NCBI RefSeq assembly: GCF_001194135.2
Contig: NC_068987.1
Span: forward strand, 53,329,963 to 53,393,962
Source: Octopus bimaculoides
Lineage: Eukaryota
Direction of reading: 5' to 3'
DNA length: 64,000 nucleotides
The translations under genes and the position numbers were made by a program. A model generated the notes under the pieces. That model ran no database searches. It was not told where the DNA came from and saw nothing but the letters and a program-made list of their open reading frames with translations. Positions 54,251-64,000 of the stretch are shown one piece after another. Each line of letters opens with the position of its first letter. The stretch's first letter is position 1.

Positions 54251-54477
54251 TTCAAGGCGGTGAGCTGGCAGAAACGTTAGCACGCCGGACGAAATGCTTA
54301 GCGGTATTTCGTCTGTCTTTACGTTCTGAGTTCAAACTGCACCGAGGTCAACTTTGTCTTTCATCCTTTCAGGGTCGGTAAATTTAGTACCAGTTGCGAG
54401 AGGGTTCGATCTAATTAAGTGGAACCCTCCCCCAAAATTTCTAGCGTTGTGCCAAGAGTAGAAACGGAAAAATATAT
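54251..54477 (+). mobile_element. tRNA-related SINE, full length
   Basis: AAGGCGGTGAGCTGGCAGAAACGTTAGCAC..GAGTTCAAA..GAGGTCAACTTTG; 13-bp TSD ATAAAAGTATTCA at 54238-54250 and 54478-54490. Confidence 0.9.
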
Positions 54478-56132
54478 ATAAAAGTATTCAATTCCTCTTT
54501 TCCACCACTCTGTTGGACTCTCTCTCGCTTCATTGCTTTTCATTTTACCTTCGTCCGATATTACAGTCATTTTGGGGTCTAAATCTATGAGATCATTATA
54601 TTAATTGCTAATGGACTTATAATCTTTTTCAAAGTATTAAAGTTGTATTGCGATATGAAGTTTTTTTTTTTAAATATGTAGCTGTACGTTACATTTCAGT
54701 TGAGCTAATCGTCGGATAATCATCGGTGTTTATCAATACCTTTTAAAGATTAGGCTACTAGCAGCTTCTCCGTACTATGCAAACAGCAAGAAATACCTGA
54801 TACTAATCGGAGATAAAACTGATAGAATCTTGATGCTCTTGTAAACATTTATAAACGCATTGTTTCTAAAGATAAGGTCAATATGAAAAAAATCTTTCTG
54901 TTGTACATTCAGTTTATTTCAGAAATGTGTGTTAAGAATCTAAATAAAGTGTGAACACAATCATTATATGTATGTATATATATAAAAAAAAGGATATGTC
55001 TCTAAATGCACTTAGTAGATGCTAAAACTATTCCTGTATGTTGAAAATGAAATATTTAATATATTTTACATTTACTAGAGAAGGAAATAAACAACTAGTC
55101 GTCACAGCAGTCAAGAGTCAAATTCCAATAATATTTCCATTTATTACTTTAAGGATGTTTTATTATTACTTTTTTGTAGAGAATATTTTACTATTACTTT
55201 GTCTAGTAGCCATTTTTATATCAAATACAGTTTGAAGTTTATTAAACTCAGTGAGGACAAATACATTAAAAGAACACATAAAAATATATCCTTACTCGAC
55301 AAATAAATGTGATTCTCTTTCTATTTTAGACTAGTATATAATTATAACTGTTTGATCTAGACTTAGTTTCACCAGCATACAGAAAAATATAGAGATTTAT
55401 ATTTATGCAATAAGTTCCTTCTTCATCTTCTGAACTTTGTAGATTGGCTAGTTAAAGCGTTGTTTATTATATATTTCGAAATAAAGGAATTTACTTATTT
55501 CTTATTTTAAATGCCGTTTACCAATACATTTTCGCTTAAATAATAAGTAACTAAGAGCGGTTGATGTTCGATTCGGTAGCTTTGGTGTTTCGTATTCTTT
55601 CATAAATGGTTTTATGTGATCTCAGTGTCTGCAAGTCCTTTGCTGTTGTAAAAGTATTTGATAATGGAGAGGAAATGCAGAGATTGTCAGTAGATAAATA
55701 GTTATAGAAAATAAGTATCGGACGACTGCTCAGCAAGTAGTTGTTCGTTCGATGTTTGTTTATAAGGCAATATTCTCGATGTTAGACTAGAGTTTTCCCA
55801 CTAAATTCCGCTGTTCGGAATAAAGTTCGGATCCTAGGCTAACTGAAAATTAAAATAACGAGGGACATATATTTCTCTTTCATATATATCTGTTATTCCA
55901 AAGCTAACATTAAAATCAATTTAATTTGTCGAATAGTTTTAAGTATATAAGGGTATATTATTAATTCCGTTTAAACAATATAGAAGAATACACATATGAA
56001 ACATTTTATTTAATGTAGAAATAACTGAGTAATAGTCAGTACATTATTCCTACACTGCTTTTCAAATACAACACACCGACAGGAAAAAGAAGGGAACAAG
56101 GTGGAAATTCGGGAGTGTTGGCGTTTATGGAA

Positions 56133-56197
56133 CATAGAATTCTGGATATTATCTCATAGAGATTCTGGATATTATCTCATAGAGATTCTGGATATTA
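56133..56197. repeat. 23-bp tandem repeat x about 3
   Basis: CATAGA(GA)TTCTGGATATTATCT repeated. Confidence 0.9.
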
Positions 56198-57306
56198 ACT
56201 AGAGGCGAACCAAAATATGATTAACAATAAGAAAGACTCGTTGCAATTAACTAAGCATTTCCCAAGAATGGTGGCTGTTGATAAAAGGTGCATTTACTGT
56301 TCGATAGATGTCGCAGTTTGATTGAAGACTTGCGTTTCAAAGATCATTTAGATATCTCTAACTTAGATGCAGTCTGCGGAATGTGTGTACATGGGTGTAG
56401 TTGCTCTTTTGTGTGAGTGTGCGTGGCAGCAGTGCCGCAGATTAGAGATGAGTATTACATGATTGTTTGTGAACATTGTAAATATTCAGTCCTTAATCAG
56501 AAGCGAAATATTTCCTGAACAAGAAAACTACTCTAAGATTCCGATATGGCTCCATTATAAATGTTAGATGCCATGTAAGACCATGTGCTATGGAATTCCT
56601 GCATTAATTTAGATATTAAGATGTCCTATGGTTTCATTAACATATATGTGAACTCGGAAGCATGAAAGGATTTTGTTTACGAACGTCACAAAATCAAAAT
56701 AGCTTATCGGCAAAGATATAGTAAAACAAATATATATTTCGGAAGCAGTCTCAGATTCATGTAACAAGATGAGCGCTTAGATACTCTTTTTAATAAGTAT
56801 ATGTTATGCATAGATGCCACAGATGCAGCATGCCCTTCAATATTGAAGAAATAAACTCTGCAATCAAATGAAGTCATTGTTATATTATAGAGTGCATTGC
56901 AGTAGGTGTAGTTGTGAGTTGTTACTTATTTGTTTTCCACTATCCACTGTAATTTCGTATATTAATACGATTGAAATGTGATACCTTTAAAATACGATAG
57001 TTGTTGTAAATGTACTTATTTTAATGTTTTTGGACCCTACCGGTTACTGACGCAGTTTCTACTTTCGAATGCGTCTACATTTCTTTGTATCGTGTTACTG
57101 TAGTTGTATTCAAGTGTACAGAAGATGTGGTACTGTAATAATATTCAAGAGCTATTTTTAAGGTCCATTGATGTTAAGATTGTTAAGACTCAAACTTTTG
57201 TCGCTTTCCAAGAAATAGTTGATTTCAGCATCCTCAACACTTACTTCTCTCCTGCAGAAGAAATTCCGCATCAGAAAACATTTCATAACATTCTAAAGGT
57301 ATAATG

Positions 57307-57340
<34 letters not shown>

Positions 57341-58045
57341 AAAGAATCTAAAATATATATACATCTAGAGACATTTTCTCGTTGCCACATTTGTGTATTA
57401 ACTTTTTTTCCATCTTCTACTTTGAAAATATATAAATATGAAAAACATACACCGTGTCTTGTAATGAAAAGTTGAAGACCTAAAAGAAGCGACAATGAAA
57501 TTTGCGAGGTAAACACATTTTGGAAATAAATTACATATCCACAGGCGATATATAACAAGAAGAAAAATATTTTTATGAATAATTGTAAACTATCTATGAA
57601 TAAATAAAATATAAAATCAAAAATGTATCTACCCACGACAAAAGTAAGAAAGTATAAAGGAAAGTGTTTTCCTCGGTAATTCAATTTTAAAGCTGTTACA
57701 CGAAGGGAAAGTTTATTTTCATTTAATACAAATTACATAAAGAAAACTCTTCATAATTTACATAATTGCATTATGTTGAATATAGAGTCAATTATAACTT
57801 CCAAAACAGTTGAAGTTGTCTGTCAAGCAGAGTTGATTTTGATGCCATCACTGGTTGGAAACACACGTGGGAACATCTATGGAGCTAGCTGACTGTTATA
57901 TCAGGAATATCAATGAAGATAGATCATTTTCGTGAACCAAACAAAGGAGCAACCCATTGCTTTTTATCCTAACCAATATATGTTAGATTAGCTACGAAAA
58001 TTTACGGGAATGCATCAAGAGTTGTATGGTTTACACCCAGAACTA

Positions 58046-59300
58046 CACTAATAGCTTATAAGTGAAATTTAGGATTGCAGCCTCTTTCTGTGAATTGGAT
58101 TTTATAAAAATTTTCCCAGCTGGTTTGCAAACTAAGGCGAAACCATTGTTAAGTTCTCATTATTCTGTGTAACATCCTTTCTTTTTTTATTTCAGATAAT
58201 TCAGTTTTGGGGTGAAGCGCGGCAATAGCTTTTGAATGAAAATAGCTAATCTAGACATTTTTCTTTCAGAACATGAAGGGTAATGATACATATTAAGCAT
58301 GCATTCAGTTTATATTTAACAGAAAACCATAATGTTATAATATTTATTGGCATAATGAGTTATAAAGCCATATGAGTGCCAAGGAAGAAGCGATCCGATT
58401 ATTGGACCTCTAAGACTGTGACAGCTATGGATTTAAGGCATATTGGCCGCAAGTTACATGGGAAACCTGGACAAACGAGGAAAGCCATTTTCACCGCCTC
58501 CAGACTTCCTCATGTACTGAACACCACTATAAATCGCATGTTCTGGACAATGTCTCTTCAAAGGAGTTTGTGGCTGCAATGGGCCCAAAAGTACATGACG
58601 TTAGACATGGGTTGTGTTCTGTTTACTGACGAAACCAGGACGAACCTTGACGGACCTAACGGTTGGGAAAATGACTGAGTCGATTTTTGAGATGAACGTC
58701 ATCAACGTTTCCGACGTCAACAACAGCGTGGGGAAATCAAGTTGTGGGCTGGTATCATTGGAGACAGACATGATATTTTGGTTCAGTCAAGGCGCCTGAG
58801 GTGGTTAAATTGGCGGCAGCCCCCTACTGCAATCTCCTGAAGGTGGTCTTGAATCCCTGGCTAGATGACATACATGTCTTATGGGCCACTATCTAAGGTA
58901 GATCAGAAGCAGTCCAGCTTGCTACTATTAAGAAATTGACAAATTCCATGACTAATAGGGTTTTTGAAGCTATCCGTTGAAATGGCACTCATGTGGCTAA
59001 ATAATTCATTATATCAACAAATGTTATAATATTTTTATGGTTTTATGTTAAATATATACTCAATGTATGCTTAATATGCATCATTAGCCTTCATTTTCTG
59101 AAAAAATGTCTAGATAGGCTATTTTCATTCAAAACCTCAAGAATTTGAAATAAACAAAGCGAAATGATGCTACAGAGAATAATAAAAACATAACAATGGT
59201 GTTGCCTTAGTATACAAATAAGGTGGGAAATTTTTTTTTATCAAAATCGACTCACAGAAAGCTGGAAAATGCTAAATATCACTCCTATGGTATTAGCGTG
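58046..59300 (+). mobile_element. Tc1-family element with long TIRs, internally deleted
   Basis: WLQWAQKYM..VLFTDETRTNLDGPNGW; LWAGIIGD. Inverted similarity between about 58046-58365 and 58995-59300; the left end is preceded by TA. Confidence 0.88.
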
Positions 59301-59336
59301 CTGCTTGTTATATATATACACGCGCACATCCAGACC

Positions 59337-59400
59337 CACGCTAATAGCTTAGGAGTGACATTTAGGATATTCCAGCTTTCTGTGAATCGATTTTGATATC
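59337..59400 (+). mobile_element. Second, truncated left TIR of the same Tc1 family
   Basis: CACGCTAATAGCTTAGGAGTGACATTTAGG.. resembles 58046-58110 and is inverted relative to 59239-59300. Confidence 0.75.
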
Positions 59401-59477
59401 ACTTTCTCCAGTACACTAAGGCAATATACATATAGTAAATCCAAAAATACGAAGAACAAACACAAAGAAACAACATA

Positions 59478-59670
59478 CATATTTGCGTGTCCGTCTTTAT
59501 GTCACTGTTTGCCCCTACCATCACTTGACAACCGATGTCGGTGTGTTCACATCCCATAACATAACGGTTCATCAAAACAACTGATAAAAAGTACTAGGCT
59601 TACAAAGAATAAGACCTGGGATCGATTTTTTCGAATAAAACCCTTCAGGTGGTGCTCCAGTATGGCCGAC
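59478..59670 (+). mobile_element. SINE 3' portion (same family as 23105-23310)
   Basis: CTTGACAACCGATG..AAGTACTAGGCTTACAAAGAATAAG..GGTGCTCCAG. Confidence 0.8.
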
Positions 59671-61955
59671 GGTTGAAGATTTCATCATCAAGGACAGCGC
59701 TCAAATTCTCTTCAGTACCAAGATATGTAAATGGCTTCACGCAATTTAGGCTTTTCTGATCAACCTGCATAGGGATGTCGGGAAAATTGCGAACCGGTGG
59801 CCTCTCCTTGACACCTTGGATGTGTTTAGGAGTAGGGCAAGGTTGTTGGATTACTCCAGTCTTCTTCATGCTGATAGCCGAACAAGAGGTTTTACATGCA
59901 GCAGAAAACCGGTTTAGAAGTTCCTGAGCTTCCTCTAAAGAGGTCGCCACTAGTGCCGCATCATCTGCAAAAGTTAGATCACGAATGATACTAGTGCGCA
60001 GCAGTGTTCTGGCTTTGAAACGCTGATAATGGAATAGTCCACCGTTTGTTCGAAAATGGAACGTGACACTACTTTGTATGTCGCCACAACCATGCCACAG
60101 TATCACAGAAAAGAAGAGTGGAAACAAAACAGGAGCCATAACACGACCCTGCTTTTGTGCCGTTTATACCATCAAAGGAAGCCGAAGATTCCCCAGCGGA
60201 CACGACAGCAGCCTCCATGTCCTCATGAAAGGAGACGATAACATTCAACATCTTGTCAGGAATATCAAGCTTCTTCAGAACTTTCCATAGTGCTTGCTGG
60301 TTAGCATTGTCGAATGCCTTGGCAAGGTCAACGAATATCAAGAACTCTTGATTTTTCTCACGTACCGTCTCCAAGACTTATCGGAGGGAAAATATCATAT
60401 CGACAGTGCCACGACGAGACCGAAATCCGCACTGTGATTCTGAATAGATATCATTTACAACGTGTTTGATATATCCTATGAAGAATGAGTCGAGCAAGCA
60501 TCTTACCAGCAATAGACAGAAGTGATATTCCTCAAAAATTATCACAGACACTTTTTGTTGCCTTTGTTCTTATACAGACGTTGAATTGAGGAATTTTTGA
60601 CGCCCTATGCTGCACGACCTACCTTCCCTATGTTTATGAAGAGGTCATGTAGTTTCCTAAAAAAAGCTTCTGTCCGTCATGTTTGTACGTTTCAGGAAAG
60701 ATAGCATCCCTACTAGGTGCTTTACCAGAAGAGATCGGTTTAATAGTTTACCACTTCCAGAAAGGTTGGCTCCAGAGTCAGTTCCAGTATTACAATGTAT
60801 TGTGTAACAGTTGTTGTGATGTCGTCACTAGTGACTGAGGTGGAGTTCAGCATGGCTTCAAAGTGATCTTTCCATCATTTCAGGATGTCAGATTTGTCAA
60901 TCAGGAGTTTCTTTCTATTCGATGAAAAAATAAGAGTAACACGTGCTATTGAGGACCATAGACTTTCGTAAAGCCATCACAAAAGGCCTTAGAATCCTTT
61001 CTGTCTGCAGCTTCTTAGAGATCAGTAGCCTTGAAAGACCACCAAGCCTCCTTCGTCTGTCTCAGAGCATGTTGGATCTGATCTCTGCATTTCTTGTAGG
61101 CATTTTCTTTTCTGGATGTGCTCTTATCCATTATCCAATGTTTGTGAGTGCTGTGCATTTTATCTATCAATTGTTGGTCATCTGTGTCGCTATCATTGAA
61201 CCAATCTTGATGTTTACGAACAGGAAGTCCGAGAACCTCTCCAGGAAAAGAGTGCGTTGCATTACGCAGAGCCTTCCAAGAATCCTAGGTCATCATTGAT
61301 ATACACTGTGTTGAGTGCAGAGTCCAACATGATAGAGAGCTCAGCCTGCTTTTCAACAGTTTTCAAAGGCAGAGAATTAATACGCTTAGGCACTGATGGC
61401 TTTTGTAGTCTTGTGTGTTTCAGATGGAACGTAGCCACGCTACGGAGAAGAACATGGTTAGATAGATAGCAGGTGTTATGAAAGGAACGTGTAATGTTAA
61501 AGTCCCTAATATCTCGTTCCTTAGTGATATCATAGTCTATAAGATTCCAATCCTTAGATCTAGAATGCATCCAGGTCGTCTTACAACAAGTTTGCTATTG
61601 ACAAAAAGATATGTGTGATGCTTAGACTGGATTCCTTGCAGATGGAGAGCACACGCGGACCACTGTAATTCATTCGACCTAGACCATGGCGACCAATTAC
61701 ACAATCCCATGCTTGATAGTCAGTTCTACCACGAGCGTTAAAGTCGCCCATAAGGAGTTGGTCGTAAAATTTATCCTACTCAGTGCTGACCATGTTTGGA
61801 GCATATCAAGTGACAAGCATAGCACGAGAGATATGATCAAGATCCAACGTTAGTGTCATGATGCGAACAAAAATACGATTGGGTAGAGGAAGAAGGGCTC
61901 TAGCTATTTGTGTTTTGATCACAAAACCAACACCTAAGTGGAGTGGCTCGTCTTC
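59671..61955 (-). mobile_element. RTE-BovB-like LINE (EN plus RT), decayed and truncated at both ends
   Basis: GVGFVIK..RIMTL; HSRSKDWNLIDY..SNH (EN); IFVDLAKAFD; MAPVLFPLFFS..IRDLTFADDAAL..FTYLG (RT). Confidence 0.93.
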
Positions 61956-62088
61956 TTTCAGTTTCCGTCTACCAAATCCACTCACAAGGCTTTGGTCAGC
62001 CCAAGGCATAGTAGAAGGTACAATGCAGTGGAACTGGACCCGGGGCATGTGGCTGGTAAGCAAGCTACTTACCACACTGGCACTCCTG
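61956..62088 (-). mobile_element. SINE head fragment (same family as 23935-24032)
   Basis: CCAAATCCACTCACAAGGCTTTGGTC..GCAGTGGAACTGGACCCGG..GCAAGCTACTTACCACAC. Confidence 0.8.
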
Positions 62089-62110
62089 TGTATATATCTA
62101 TATATATTAA

Positions 62111-64000
62111 CATCATCATCATCATCATCATCATCGTTTAAGGTCCGCTTTCCATGCTAGCATGTGTTGGACGATTTGACTGAGGACTGGTGAACCAGAT
62201 GGCTGCACCAGGATCCAATCTGATCTGGCAGAGTTTCTACAGCTGGATGCCCTTCCTAACGCCAACCACTCCGAGAGTGTAGTGGGTGCTTTTACGTGCC
62301 ACAGGCACGAGGGTCAGTCAGGCGGTACTGGTAACGGCCACGCTCAAAATGGTGTTCATTACGTGCCACCAACACAGGAGCTAGTCCAGTGGCACTGGCA
62401 ACGATCTCGCTCGAATGTGCCAGTAAGCCAACGCTAGTAATGATCACGCTCAAATGGTACTATATACGATCACGCTCGGACGGTGCTGTTAGTGCTCCAC
62501 TGGCACAATTGCAAGTCATCGAATATGGTCCAATTACGATTTCGAATTCGATTTCACTTGCCCCAACAGGTTTTCGCAAGCAGAATTCGGTGTCCAATGA
62601 AGGAGAGGCTGGCATGAGTGCCAGTCATCGAATTTGGTTCGATTTCGATTTCACATATGCCTCAACAAGTTTTCGCAAGCAGAGTTTAGTGCCCAATGAA
62701 GTAAAGATACGAATAAGTAAGCTGGCTACACTCCTTGCAGAGGCCACGGGTTATGGTCTCACTTGGCTTGCCAGGTCTTCTCACGCACTGCATCTCGGTG
62801 AGGCCTCATGTTCGAAGGTCGTGCTTCACTACCTCATCCCAGGTCTTCCTGGGTCTACCTCTTCCACAGGCTCCCTCATTCGCTAGGTTGTGGCACTTTT
62901 TCACATTGCTATCCTCATCCATTCTTGCCACATGACCATACCAGCGCAATTATCTCTCTTTCACACTACAACTGATGCTTCTTAGGTCCAACTTTTCTCT
63001 CAAGGTACTCACACTCTGTCAAGCATGCACACTGACATTACAGATCCATCGGAGCATACTGGATTCGTTTCGTGCGAGCTTACGCATGTCCTTGTTTCTC
63101 TGCCATATACCATGGCTGTTCGTACACATGCGTCATACAGTCTGCCTTTTACTCTGAGCAAGAGGCCCTTTGTCGCCAGCAGAGGTAGAACTCTCTGAAC
63201 TTTGCCCAGGCTATTCTTATTCTAGCAGCTACACTTTCAGCGCACCCTCCTCCTCTACTAACTTGGTCACCTAGATAGCGGAAGCTATGAACCACTTCTA
63301 GTCTTTCTCCCTGTAATGTGGCAAAGGTTGTTTTCTGCACATTTTCAATGTTTATTGCTCCTGAGCATCTGCCACATACAAAAACTATCTTACTTCTTAG
63401 CTTTCCTTTAATATTTCTGCACCTCTTATGTGTCCATAGCTTACACTGGGTACATATTATGGAGTTTCTACCTACGTCTTTTCTACAGATCGAGCAAGGT
63501 CATGTACCTGAAAGGGTTTGTGTTTTATCTACCTTCCTACTTATTAGGGCTTTGGTGTAGCTAGGTTGACTCTAAGGCCCTTCAATTCTAGTCCTTGCTT
63601 CCACACCTGAAACTTCTTTTCTAGTTCTGATAGTGACTCAGCAATTAGGGCAAGGTCATCAGCATAGAGGAGCTCTCAGGGGCATCCTGTCTTGGATTCT
63701 TGTGTTATTGCCTGGAGGACTATGATAAATAGGAGGGGGAGGACTGAACCTTGGTGGACCTCTACCTTTACCCGGAATTCTTCACTGTACTCGTTGCCAA
63801 CCATCACCTTACTGACAGCATCCCTGTACATGGCTCGCACAGCTCTCACTAACCATTCTTCTATCCCAAATTTCCTCATTGACCACCAGATAAGGAATCC
63901 GGGCACCCTGTCAAAGGCTTTCTCCATGTCAACGAAAGCCAGGTACAGAGGTTTATCTTTGGCTAGGTATTTCTCCTGCAGCTGTCTTACCAGAAATATA
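62111..64000 (-). mobile_element. RTE-clade LINE, RT to 3' end, (GAT)n tail; runs off the window
   Basis: AFVDMEKAFDRVP..VHQGSVL.PLLF..LLYADDL; SFRYLGDQV..AARIRIAWAKFRE; (CAT)n at 62111-62135 on the plus strand. Confidence 0.95.

Overview
Repeat-dense, AT-rich eukaryotic genomic DNA with many N-gaps that almost always open inside (TA)n or (CA)n microsatellites. The SINE and LINE families and the microsatellite load suggest an octopod (cephalopod) short-read assembly; this is my inference. No intact host protein-coding gene could be established. Nearly all recognisable coding sequence is decayed transposable element: one L1/Tx1-like LINE, five Penelope-like (GIY-YIG) fragments, two R4/Dong-like REL elements, five RTE-clade LINE pieces, one CR1/L2-like endonuclease remnant, two Tc1/mariner elements, hAT remnants, a Helitron helicase remnant plus non-autonomous Helitron-like ends, and several tRNA-derived SINEs (three with clear TSDs). 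The most interesting signals are: (i) an unexplained GC-rich multi-hairpin island at 8851-9066 ending in an Sm-site-like motif and hairpin; (ii) an RTE LINE family, present twice, whose ORF ends in three tandem C2H2 zinc fingers; (iii) a 149-bp, about 98% identical inverted repeat at 43980-44349; (iv) an inverted-repeat-flanked interstitial telomeric array in a Helitron-like element; (v) a hammerhead ribozyme motif downstream of a Penelope fragment; (vi) a duplicated promoter-like module with a structured GC-rich segment at 49876-50305. All assignments come from reading motifs by eye; no searches or folding computations were run.
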